Translations under genes and position numbers: made by a program | Source: a virus | Taxonomy: Duplodnaviria > Caudoviricetes | Direction: 5' to 3' (one strand) | DNA: 59,854 nucleotides | IMG/VR virus record: IMGVR_UViG_3300038393_000622 | Coordinates: 1-59,854 of that record | In this document: positions 45,814 to 54,063 of the stretch, piece after piece | Layout: every line of letters starts with the position of its first letter | Position numbering within the stretch: position 1 is the stretch's first letter | Notes under the pieces: model-generated | Seen by the model: only the letters and a program-made list of their open reading frames with translations | Told to the model about the DNA's origin: nothing | Database searches by the model: none

Positions 45814-47039
45814 CGTGAAGTCCTGTAGGCTTTGGTGAGATCGCGGTTGACCGCATGTCCGCGTCGAAGGATGGTTTTAGCCACCAGCGCGCGATCAGCG
45901 TGGCTGCTGTCGGATTGGCGCAGCAAGCCAAGATAGCTATTGGCCGCGGCGAAGACCTTGTCGGCATGCATGTTGCGCAAGCGGTCAATGGCCTGATGGA
46001 CTGTGCGCCGGCGTGCGCGTGTGTGCCACGGCTTAATCAGATGGCCGACGAAGTCGACGCCGCGGTCAATCGGCTGCAGGATTGTCTTGGTCGGATTGAG
46101 TCGAGCACCGAGCCTCGCGGGCAGGAATGCATCGATGCTGGCAAGCGCGCCGTTCAGCCATTGCGGCGACTCGTGCAGCAAAATGAAGTCATCGACGTAG
46201 CGCACATAGTGCCGCGCACACACCTGATGCTTAACGTGCTGGTCGAGGGCGTTCAGGTAAATGTTGGCGAAGAACTGCGACGACAGATTGCCGATCGGCA
46301 GGCCAAGGTGCGCAGGTTGATTCGCCAGGCGCTTGTGAAGCGGCACACGTTCCAGTAGCCGTGGGTCGCCGTGGAATTCATAGTTCAGGCGCGGGTCATG
46401 AAACAGAATCACGTCGGCGAGCCAGAGCCACCAAGGCTCCGTGACGCGTGCCGCGATTTGGCGCCAAAGAACCTGCTTGTCGATACTGACGAAGAAGTTC
46501 GCCAGGTCGCATTTCAGATACCACAGCGGGCGCGACCAGTTCTCGGATGCGCTACGGATTTTCGATTCAAGCCGCTTTGCCGCGTAAAGCGTGCCGCGGC
46601 CCGGAATGCAGGCGCAGGTATCTGCGATGAAGGATGCGTAGAAGCGCGACGCAATCCGGTTGTACAGCAAGTGGTGCACGATACGGTCGCGGAATTCTGC
46701 GGCCCACACCTCGCGCGCCTTGGGGCGAGTGATGACGAAGCAAATGGAACGCCCGGGGCGATAGCTGCCGTCGAGAAGTTCGTCGCGCAGTCGGGTTAGA
46801 TTGCGTTCCTGGTTCTGCTCGAATGCGACCGCGCTTGCCGTGTTGCGCTTGGCCTTCCGGCAATCGAGATAGGTCTGTACGAGTTCGTGGAATGAAAAGT
46901 CAGCATGGTGGCCACCGGGATAATCTGCGGACCGCGCGGGCGCGCAAGCGCGCCGACTTGTTGTTGTTGTTCTGGTTGCCGTTGTTGAAGTTCTGGTACC
47001 AGGCATAGTCGTCGTTAGCAGCGTGCTGCGGTTGTTCAT
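45810..47039 (-). CDS. DGR reverse transcriptase (start uncertain, in or just upstream of the TR)
   Basis: FRDRIVHH, LKCDLANFF, GLPIGNLSSQ (DGR-type SQ motif), YVRYVDD, GVDFVG. Confidence 0.95.
   Translation of the reverse strand: MNNRSTLLTTTMPGTRTSTTATRTTTTSRRACAPARSADYPGGHHADFSFHELVQTYLDCRKAKRNTASAVAFEQNQERNLTRLRDELLDGSYRPGRSICFVITRPKAREVWAAEFRDRIVHHLLYNRIASRFYASFIADTCACIPGRGTLYAAKRLESKIRSASENWSRPLWYLKCDLANFFVSIDKQVLWRQIAARVTEPWWLWLADVILFHDPRLNYEFHGDPRLLERVPLHKRLANQPAHLGLPIGNLSSQFFANIYLNALDQHVKHQVCARHYVRYVDDFILLHESPQWLNGALASIDAFLPARLGARLNPTKTILQPIDRGVDFVGHLIKPWHTRARRRTVHQAIDRLRNMHADKVFAAANSYLGLLRQSDSSHADRALVAKTILRRGHAVNRDLTKAYRTSR
46921..47030 (-). ncRNA. DGR template repeat (TR)
   Basis: 110 nt with nine AAC codons; differs from both VRs almost only at adenines. 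Confidence 0.95.
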
Positions 47040-47206
47040 GCTATCTACATCGCCCCGCCGAAGGCCGCAGCGACCGATCAGCGGGGAAATTGCGCCAGAC
47101 CTTCCAGAACTATGTCGGGCGGTATCTGCGATGCGCATGGCGGTGGCCTCGTGAGCCAGCGGCATGACCAGATTAAAAGTTCGCACAGTCATGGTGGCCG
47201 TAACCA

Positions 47207-47560
47207 TCAGGAAGCGGGCGACATTGCGGAACGGCGCCATCCACTCGCCTGCTTGCCGACGCTGGTAGTCAGCTCAACGGCGCGGGCATACTGCTTCACT
47301 GCGATCAGGCGCTTGTCGCGCGAGAGCCGCAGCAGCAGTTCCGTCACCTGTAGCCTCTCGATGAGATCCTGCAGGTGCGGCGCCTTCTCCCGCGCCGTGT
47401 TCGCGCGGAAGATCAACGTCACGATCTCGACTACCTCGTCGCGGATCTTCCCGCCAATCGATGCCTTGAAATCACGTGGCATGTTCTTGGCGAGGTCCGT
47501 GACGACGTCGAGAAGGTCGTAGGCGACCTTGTAAATCGGCAGGTTGGTGTGGAGTGCCAT
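47207..47560 (-). CDS. avd: DGR accessory variability determinant (four-helix bundle)
   Basis: LPIYKVAYDLL...MPRDFK..IG...VGKQASGW; lies between target and TR/RT. Confidence 0.9.
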   Translation of the reverse strand: MALHTNLPIYKVAYDLLDVVTDLAKNMPRDFKASIGGKIRDEVVEIVTLIFRANTAREKAPHLQDLIERLQVTELLLRLSRDKRLIAVKQYARAVELTTSVGKQASGWRRSAMSPAS

Positions 47561-47578
47561 GCTGATGAAATGGTTAAA

Positions 47579-48037
47579 TCACTGAATTGTTAATCTGCGG
47601 ACCGCGCGGGCGCGCAAGCGCGCCGACTTGCTGAGGTCGTCCTGGCTGCCGTCGAGGAAGTGCTGGACCCAGGCACAGCCGTCGTTAGCAGCGTGCTGCT
47701 CGCCGGACCAGTAGTAACGTTCCTCGAACTGGCTCTTGAGGTTCGCAAACAGGAGCGCTTGTTCGCGGCGCGTCGGCAGCTCGCCGCCGGCTTCGGCTGC
47801 GAACTTCTTCGCCTCTTCCCAGGTCACGTTGTCAGCGTCGCCCGGTAGCAGAATCAAGTGATGCGAAGGCAGGCCGTCATCACCAAGGAGAATGCCGGCG
47901 TAATGCTCGTTCGCGCCAAGCTCGACGGTGGGCTGCGCGATCGTGACGATGCGCGGCGCATTCGCCTTGAACGTTTCGATCATGTCAGCCACGTTCTTGT
48001 GCGCGGCTTCGATATCCGCGAGAGTGATGGTCGTCAT
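47579..48037 (-). CDS. DGR target 1, DUF1566/CLec-fold protein
   Basis: TWEEA...LPTRRE...YWS...AW...RARAVRR; C-terminal VR. Confidence 0.9.
   Translation of the reverse strand: MTTITLADIEAAHKNVADMIETFKANAPRIVTIAQPTVELGANEHYAGILLGDDGLPSHHLILLPGDADNVTWEEAKKFAAEAGGELPTRREQALLFANLKSQFEERYYWSGEQHAANDGCAWVQHFLDGSQDDLSKSARLRARAVRRLTIQ
47591..47699 (-). repeat. Variable repeat VR1
   Basis: 14 mismatches to TR by hand alignment, 13 at TR adenines. Confidence 0.95.
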
Positions 48038-48063
48038 CAGTGACTCCGAAAATGGATGAAGGA

Positions 48064-48702
48064 TTAAATTGCGAATCTGCGGACCGCGCGGGCGCGCAAG
48101 CGCGCCGACTTGCCGCTGTCGTTCTGGTAGCCGTTGCTGAAGTCCTGGGACCAGGCACAGTCGTCGTCAGCAGCGTGCTGCGTAGAAGACCAGTACCATT
48201 CGTCAGCGAAGGCCTCCTCGCCGCCTTCCACGAAAGCGGCTGCGGTGGTTTGCGCCGGAGCGGAATGGCTATATGCATGCGTCGGCGGCACGGCAGACGC
48301 ATTGACGCCGCTGCGCGCATAGAGCGAGTTCGATTGCGTGGTCGGCTTAAAAGCGCGATAGAGGACTTCCAGCTCGTCCTGGCTGGGGAGATACCAGTCG
48401 CGGTACCCGTTGATTTGCAAGCCGCGCGCCCAAACAGCCGCCTCGCTGCCAGCGTTCGCCATTGCCTCCGTGTTGCGCATGCCATCGTTGTAGCTGTCGG
48501 CGCCAGCAACGCGCTTTTCCGAATCGAGCCACGCCACTTCGGCGTTTTCGCCTTCGGCCTTGGGCGCAACCACGAGCGCATACGGTACGCCGTCGATGGT
48601 GATTCGCCCGGCGTAGAAGCCGCCTTCAATTGGAGCGCCAATAGCGGCGGGGATGGATTTCTCTTCGTTGTTCAACGTCTTCTCCTTGGGTGTTGACTGC
48701 AA
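48064..48702 (-). CDS. DGR target 2, DUF1566/CLec-fold protein
   Basis: GGFYAG...DWYLPSQDEL...WYWSSTQ...RARAVRR; C-terminal VR. Confidence 0.9.
   Translation of the reverse strand: MQSTPKEKTLNNEEKSIPAAIGAPIEGGFYAGRITIDGVPYALVVAPKAEGENAEVAWLDSEKRVAGADSYNDGMRNTEAMANAGSEAAVWARGLQINGYRDWYLPSQDELEVLYRAFKPTTQSNSLYARSGVNASAVPPTHAYSHSAPAQTTAAAFVEGGEEAFADEWYWSSTQHAADDDCAWSQDFSNGYQNDSGKSARLRARAVRRFAI
48073..48182 (-). repeat. Variable repeat VR2
   Basis: 11 mismatches to TR by hand alignment, all at TR adenines. Confidence 0.95.
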
Positions 48703-48712
48703 TGAAATTGGT

Positions 48713-49606
48713 TTAGTTGCGAGCTTCGCCGCCCAGCACTTCCACTAGGTCAGTCAGCATCTTCGCCAGCTCTCCGGTCATCAGCGCGACGTCGTTGTCG
48801 AAGCGCTCGTCATCGGCGTAGGCGACAGCCTCGCTTTCCTTGAGGACGTCCAGCGGCTTGACGCTCTTGATTGCCAGCGTTTCGGTCAGGACGAACGAGA
48901 TCCGATCCTGCCAGGTCATCGCCAGCCGCGTGCATTGTTTGCCCGCTGCGATGTGGCGACGCATGTCGTCCGGCTCCAGCGTGTGACGCTTGTATCCGAC
49001 TTGGGCCTTGCTCTCGCCGGTTGCGCGCATCGTCGCGTCTTGGTCGATGGTGAAGCCGTGCGGCGCTTCGTCGGCTTCCAGCCAGCCCGTCATCACGGCG
49101 ACGGGCGAGCGCTGCACGCGGAGGGATTCCAGCGGCATGCGGTCGACCGCTTTGAGCAGCAGCTTGATGACGTCGTCGGCTTTGCTCGGGCTCGCGGCAT
49201 CCACGACGAGCCAGCCGTTCACCGGGTCGATCCAGACCCACGTATTGCTGCGAACGGGGAAGGCGCGCGGCAGCAGTTCGTCGGCGGCGCGCTCCTTGAG
49301 CTCCTTCATGGCCTTGTGGCCCGGACGGAAGCCTTGCTGCTCTTCGAGCTCGTCGGCCTTGGCTTTGGCGACCTGGTTGATGACCGACGACGGCAGCAGC
49401 TTCTTCTCGGTCGCCAGCACCAGCAGCATCTGTCGGTTCACTTCATGCACAAGCTGGCCGTCGCGCGGGGCGATCCAGCCTTGACGCAGCAGTTCGTTGC
49501 TTGAACATGGCGTGAAAGCCTGCTGACTGATCATCGGAGTCAGGGCGTCGGGGGTCATCTTGTACGGCGCCGGAAGACGGTAGACTTGAAGGTTCTTCAT
49601 CCACAT
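48713..49606 (-). CDS. rdgC: Recombination-associated protein RdgC
   Basis: KNLQVYRL, EKKLLPSSVI, ELLPRAF, LAMTWQDRISFVL, LGGE. Confidence 0.93.
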   Translation of the reverse strand: MWMKNLQVYRLPAPYKMTPDALTPMISQQAFTPCSSNELLRQGWIAPRDGQLVHEVNRQMLLVLATEKKLLPSSVINQVAKAKADELEEQQGFRPGHKAMKELKERAADELLPRAFPVRSNTWVWIDPVNGWLVVDAASPSKADDVIKLLLKAVDRMPLESLRVQRSPVAVMTGWLEADEAPHGFTIDQDATMRATGESKAQVGYKRHTLEPDDMRRHIAAGKQCTRLAMTWQDRISFVLTETLAIKSVKPLDVLKESEAVAYADDERFDNDVALMTGELAKMLTDLVEVLGGEARN

Positions 49607-49616
49607 GGTTAGCCCC

Positions 49617-49802
49617 TTACGCCGCCGCGGCGACGGTGATAGTTACGCGCTCCAAGAACAGAGCGGCGAGTGGTCGAATGTCGTCAACATGCAGCCCCTT
49701 CACCGTCACCAGGCTGTCGTCGTCCAAGCGGAGCGCGACGCCATCGGCACCGGATTCTTCTTCGAGCCGGCCGATTTCGACCAGCGTTCCCGTGATTTGC
49801 AT
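49617..49802 (-). CDS. Hypothetical protein
   Basis: AGGA RBS; fills the operon gap. Confidence 0.55.
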   Translation of the reverse strand: MQITGTLVEIGRLEEESGADGVALRLDDDSLVTVKGLHVDDIRPLAALFLERVTITVAAAA

Positions 49803-49814
49803 ATTTGGTTGTTC

Positions 49815-50159
49815 CTATAAGGTGCGCGCTTCGACCCGCCGATTTGCTTCGATCGTGCGCCAGCATTCGATCTTGGCCTGCGCCGCGACGATCAGCCAGC
49901 GCAGGGATTCCTCTTCTTCGACCGCGCCCTGCAATCCCTCCAGCAGCGCCAGGTATTCGGGATGCGCGTAGGCTTCCCGCTCCTGTGCCGCCGAGGTCTT
50001 GTGGCCGTCGATCTCGGCCTGCCGCATCAGCAGCGCCTTCTTCGACTTGCGGAACTCTTCGAGGTAGACGCGCGCTGACTTGGCTTTTGCGTAGGCGGGC
50101 GCGTTGTCGCGGATGAAGTCGAGCGACTTGAAAATGTTGATTTCAGCATCGTCGTTCAT
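49815..50159 (-). CDS. Helical phage protein (possible recombination mediator)
   Basis: AKAKSARVYLEEFRKSKKALLM...QEREAYAHPEY. Confidence 0.65.
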   Translation of the reverse strand: MNDDAEINIFKSLDFIRDNAPAYAKAKSARVYLEEFRKSKKALLMRQAEIDGHKTSAAQEREAYAHPEYLALLEGLQGAVEEEESLRWLIVAAQAKIECWRTIEANRRVEARTL

Positions 50160-50392
50160 GCGACCTGCTCCATGCGCGCCATAAACCGCTCACGCCGCTT
50201 TGTGATCTTCTCGATGTGCGGCGCCTTCCACTTTTCGAGGATGCGTCCGCGCTGGCTTGCCACGTATCCGAGGCCTTCGAGGGCCATATCGAAGATGCGG
50301 ATTTGGGTCATGGTCAGGTTGCCGCTCTTTTCGCAGGTTGCGACGATCTTCTCGAGCGCGAGTTTGGCTTCGTGGGTCATGGCGCGCAGCAC
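50156..50392 (-). CDS. Hypothetical protein
   Basis: Coupled overlaps. Confidence 0.5.
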   Translation of the reverse strand: MLRAMTHEAKLALEKIVATCEKSGNLTMTQIRIFDMALEGLGYVASQRGRILEKWKAPHIEKITKRRERFMARMEQVA

Positions 50393-50559
50393 TCCTGTTG
50401 CGCCCTAGCGGCGATGGCCGGGCTCTTCGGGCAACAGGAACCGTCGCAATACAACCCCTTTGGCAGCAAGGTGCCACACTTCATGCGCGCCAAAATTTCG
50501 GTGCGCTCGTCATCCCGCTTCTTGGGTGCTGGCGACCGGAGTCTGATCGAGTGATCCAT
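50377..50559 (-). CDS. Hypothetical Cys-rich protein
   Basis: AAGGAG RBS. Confidence 0.45.
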   Translation of the reverse strand: MDHSIRLRSPAPKKRDDERTEILARMKCGTLLPKGLYCDGSCCPKSPAIAARAQQECCAP

Positions 50560-50573
50560 GGACTCTCCTTTGT

Positions 50574-51011
50574 TTAGGTGCGCTTTTGTTTCGCCATGCG
50601 GTCATACAGCACGACGTTGACGGTGGCCGCGAGGTTCATGCAGAACTCGGTCGGCACATAGATGACGTCGCGGCAGCGCTTGAGAATCCCGTCGCTGACG
50701 TTGCCATCCTCAGGCCCGAAGATGTAGAAGGCGCTTTCGGGGTGCGTGTAGTCGCGAAGATCGCGCGCAGTCGGGATGAACTCGACGGCGACGGGGATTG
50801 CGCCGGCCGGAATGATCGCCAGTAGGTCTTCCGTCGACAGCGTCGGAATGTGCCGCCAGGACGACTGCGTGTCCTCGCTCGATTTGCGGAAGCGCTGGCC
50901 TTGAATGGCGACCATCGAAGCGCCGTAGCAGCCGGCCGCGCGCATGACGCCGCCGTAGTTTAGGCTGTTCTTCGGGTTGAACAGGCCGATGGATGCGAAA
51001 CCGCGCCTCAT
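50574..51011 (-). CDS. SPOUT (SpoU/TrmH/TrmL-like) RNA methyltransferase
   Basis: NYGGVMRAAGC, YIFGPEDG, CMNLAATVNVVLYD. Confidence 0.85.
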   Translation of the reverse strand: MRRGFASIGLFNPKNSLNYGGVMRAAGCYGASMVAIQGQRFRKSSEDTQSSWRHIPTLSTEDLLAIIPAGAIPVAVEFIPTARDLRDYTHPESAFYIFGPEDGNVSDGILKRCRDVIYVPTEFCMNLAATVNVVLYDRMAKQKRT

Positions 51012-51265
51012 GCCGGCACCCCGCAAGCCTCGCGCGCCGCTACAAAGTCGATCTCGGCCAGCCGGTTGATCACGTTGATGCGGTCCGTGCCAAATTCCAG
51101 CACGAGCAGGTCGATGATCTCGTCGTCGGTAACGTCTTCGTCGGCAATGGCGTCGCAGAATGCCTTGTAGGGCAGCGCATTGCGGTGGTCGGCGTAGAAG
51201 CGATCAGCGTTCGCCTGGTGGCGCTTGCGGTCGGCATCGTCGGTGATGATGTGAATGTTGTCCAT
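51008..51265 (-). CDS. Hypothetical acidic protein
   Basis: AAGGA RBS; coupled to the next gene. Confidence 0.6.
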   Translation of the reverse strand: MDNIHIITDDADRKRHQANADRFYADHRNALPYKAFCDAIADEDVTDDEIIDLLVLEFGTDRINVINRLAEIDFVAAREACGVPA

Positions 51266-51273
51266 GGGGTTCC

Positions 51274-52053
51274 TTATGCGGCCTCGGCCATCGCGTCTTG
51301 ACGCAAGATGGCGACGTAGCTGTTGACGAGTTGATCGAACTTCACGAGGCGCGCGACCATTTCATCAATGAAGTGGTCGTCGCGCTGGATGCGCTTCACA
51401 TATAGGTCTTTGCCGACGCTCGCGAGGTCCGGCACGTACATGATGAAATCGCAGTAGCTGCGCCCGGTGATCCACATGCCGCCTTGCATCTGGTGGTCGT
51501 ATTCGGACGTGTCGCCGGTCTGGATCATGGCGATGATCTTGGTGCTGTCGATGGGGGCCTTGATCTCGATAAGGCCGTCGCCCTCCACCAGGCCATCGGA
51601 GCTGTAGCCGAAGATTTCGTCGTTGGTGAGGCAGAGTCCGGCCTCGGTAACGAAGGCGCCGGTACGAGCCTCGTAAATGCGGCGCGCGGCGGCCTCCATC
51701 TGATGACCGCGCTCAAGCACCCATGCCTTCGGCGGCTCGCCGTGCGGCTGGCCGCTGATGCGCTCGATTGCGAGGTCGGCGGCGTAGCGCTTGGCGATGT
51801 CGGACGGCGAGCAAGTATCTTCGCCAGCCAGCGCGCGACGCACAATGTCGGACGAAGGGACAACCTTGTAGCCAGCGCCTTCAGCAGCATGCTTGGGCGC
51901 AAAACCTTCGCGGATCAGCTTCACGTAAGTCGCCTGCTGCTCGGTCAAGCCACCAACAGTGGAGATAGCGTCGGCGAAGCACGAGGCGGTAATCTTGCCG
52001 CACCTGGCCGCATGCCACTCCGGAACACCCTGCAAGCATTGAACGAATCTCAT
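51274..52053 (-). CDS. YqaJ/lambda-exonuclease family nuclease
   Basis: Q...EWH.ARCGKITAS, RG..E..AR, SSDGL, IEIK.P, Q.Q..MW. Confidence 0.92.
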   Translation of the reverse strand: MRFVQCLQGVPEWHAARCGKITASCFADAISTVGGLTEQQATYVKLIREGFAPKHAAEGAGYKVVPSSDIVRRALAGEDTCSPSDIAKRYAADLAIERISGQPHGEPPKAWVLERGHQMEAAARRIYEARTGAFVTEAGLCLTNDEIFGYSSDGLVEGDGLIEIKAPIDSTKIIAMIQTGDTSEYDHQMQGGMWITGRSYCDFIMYVPDLASVGKDLYVKRIQRDDHFIDEMVARLVKFDQLVNSYVAILRQDAMAEAA

Positions 52054-53018
52054 GCTGCGCTCCCTGCGGCGCGCTGGTAGTCGCGCTGCTCGTCAGTCTG
52101 TGCTGATCCGCCGGTGTCCGGCATTTCGACGGTGCGCGATTCTTGCGCGGCCAGCTCGCGGAGGTGCTGACGGTGGTTTGCAATTGCCGCTTTGAGCGCG
52201 GCGTGGTCGTTCGGCTGGCTCGCCAGCTTGCCGTTGTTCTCGCGCCAGTATTGGAGCGCCTCGGCATCGGTGCGGGTGGTAAGCGCTGCGGCGATCATCG
52301 GGGCCACATCAACCCAGCCGGCATTAGGGGCACCTTCGGCCAGTCGCTCGCCGTTCTCGCTCAGTTGGTTCATCGCCTTGTCCAGGCGGTCGGTCTTGGG
52401 CCACAGCTTGTAGGCGCGGCGAATGACGGTCTTCTTCATCATTTCGCCTTCGTCGGTAGCCCACGGCCCGCTGCTGTTGCGCTTCCACGATTCCGAGCGA
52501 TCGCGAATGCTGTGCAGTTCGTCCAGATCCATGGTGGTCGTCAGGTAGTCGCCGTTGTGCAGCTTTGCCACGACATACGCGCCGACGACAGCACCGCGGC
52601 TCTTTGCGAACGGCTCGAACTCGTGGATCGGCTGCTTGTCCATGGCGACCTTTCGAAAAGCATCGTTCTCGCGCACGAGTTCTGCCTGGCCCCAAAGGAT
52701 CGAGCCGGAAGCGATGGCGATGTCGAGCAGGCCGATGTAGCTGATGTCGAGGCAAATCTTGCCGCCGCGCGGCACCAGGTAGGCTTGTTTGCGCGCCGGG
52801 TTCAGGCTGATGCCGATAGCTGCGATGTTGGTCACTGCGGCAATCAGCGACTGCTTCGACCCCATCGCGATCTTCATCGCGAAGTCGTTGTTCTGCAGGA
52901 TTTGGATGGCGAAGCCGGACTCGCGCTCGAAGTTGATGCTGCGGTCGACGAGCACACGCGAGAAGTCGTCGCGCGCTTCCTGAATTACGCCAGTAACAAT
53001 GGCGAGTGCGTTACTCAT
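52050..53018 (-). CDS. recT: RecT-family single-strand annealing protein
   Basis: GISLNP..KQAYLVP...ISYIGL...PW.TD..EM.KKTVIRR. Confidence 0.92.
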   Translation of the reverse strand: MSNALAIVTGVIQEARDDFSRVLVDRSINFERESGFAIQILQNNDFAMKIAMGSKQSLIAAVTNIAAIGISLNPARKQAYLVPRGGKICLDISYIGLLDIAIASGSILWGQAELVRENDAFRKVAMDKQPIHEFEPFAKSRGAVVGAYVVAKLHNGDYLTTTMDLDELHSIRDRSESWKRNSSGPWATDEGEMMKKTVIRRAYKLWPKTDRLDKAMNQLSENGERLAEGAPNAGWVDVAPMIAAALTTRTDAEALQYWRENNGKLASQPNDHAALKAAIANHRQHLRELAAQESRTVEMPDTGGSAQTDEQRDYQRAAGSAA

Positions 53019-53148
53019 TGATGCCTCCGTTGTGAATGGCGCGTCATGCGCCGGTCTTCTTATAGGTCGAAATACTTAATCGCCAGTACCAGCGCATCGA
53101 GGCGGCGAAAACCGGCGGCGCGCCATTGGCAGTACGAGCGGTAAATCT

Positions 53149-53355
53149 TCACTTTTCCGCGAACGCAATCACTTCCATCGGCACGCTGCGCTTGGACTGC
53201 TGCATGACCTGCAACTGAACCTTCACGGTGCGCAGGATCTCGCGGCCCTGCGATGCGATTGCGTCGCCTTGCGCCGGCTGGACGCTGCCGTCCTTGATGC
53301 CTTTGAGGGTGTCCCACAGGGCGTTTTTAAGGTTGGTTGCTGTAAGCTCGCTCAT
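53149..53355 (-). CDS. Hypothetical protein
   Basis: AAGGA RBS; MSELTATNLK. Confidence 0.6.
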   Translation of the reverse strand: MSELTATNLKNALWDTLKGIKDGSVQPAQGDAIASQGREILRTVKVQLQVMQQSKRSVPMEVIAFAEK

Positions 53356-53857
53356 AGTCTCGTTTCCTTGTCTGTGCTTTGTTGAGGGCTCCGTTTGCTG
53401 CTGCAATTTCGGTTTTCGATGCTCGCTCTGCGACTTCCTTGTCGATGCTTGCGACGATCAGAAAGCATTGCCAAAACTCGCCGTATTCCTTCTTGGCCCG
53501 GTATTGCTTGTCGTATTCGCGCTTCCAGGCAACGTATTCAGGGCGGCGGCAGTATTCGGCGTGATCAGCAGATCTGGCCTTTCGCGCTACAGCAGCTGCT
53601 GCAGGGTCATACGTGCGCTTGAAATACTCGGCCTTGCCTTGCTTGATCCGCGCATGGTTCTTCTCGCGGTACTGCATGTCGTACAGGCGCTTCTCCTCTT
53701 TCCTCTGCGCGTCGGTCCTATCGACGCGGCGCCCGCGCCCGGCGCACACCCTGCAGCAGTAGAGATTCGCGCCGGTCTTCTTTGCGCGGTTGTAGTGCGA
53801 AATGGACTTCTCACACTTCGCGCCGCAAGTCGCGCATTGGACGACCATGATTTCCAT
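53327..53857 (-). CDS. Zinc-binding basic hypothetical protein
   Basis: CATCG...YCCRVC followed by Arg/Lys helices. Confidence 0.6.
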   Translation of the reverse strand: MEIMVVQCATCGAKCEKSISHYNRAKKTGANLYCCRVCAGRGRRVDRTDAQRKEEKRLYDMQYREKNHARIKQGKAEYFKRTYDPAAAAVARKARSADHAEYCRRPEYVAWKREYDKQYRAKKEYGEFWQCFLIVASIDKEVAERASKTEIAAANGALNKAQTRKRDYERAYSNQP

Positions 53858-53858
53858 G

Positions 53859-54056
53859 TCACTTCTTGCGGCCAGCGGCATCCATCTGATCTGCGGCCTG
53901 ATCGAGCAGGGCGAACATGTCTTGCTGCTGCGCGCGCTCCTGTTCGCGCTCGTCCAGCACTGGCTGCATCGCGATGAACAAACCGAGGGCGATGGCGCAC
54001 AGGCATTCGAAGGCGTAGACGAGTACCTGGCGCTGCTGGTAGGTGATGCGCTCCAT
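53859..54056 (-). CDS. Small membrane protein
   Basis: GAGG RBS; one TM segment. Confidence 0.5.
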   Translation of the reverse strand: MERITYQQRQVLVYAFECLCAIALGLFIAMQPVLDEREQERAQQQDMFALLDQAADQMDAAGRKK

Positions 54057-54063
54057 GTCAACC

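Noticed and set aside
46957-46987. (GTT)n microsatellite
   Set aside because: These are the AAC codons of the TR, not an independent repeat.
45810-47240. RT as a group II intron, retron or Abi RT, and the 476-aa ORF start at 47240
   Set aside because: The IGNLSSQ motif, the adjacent Avd and the TR/VR pairs define a DGR. The 47240 start lies inside avd and is just the longest open frame.
46921-48182. Three copies of a 30-35 bp GC-rich sequence as a CRISPR array
   Set aside because: The copies are hundreds of bp apart and are the invariant 3' ends of TR, VR1 and VR2. No cas genes were seen.
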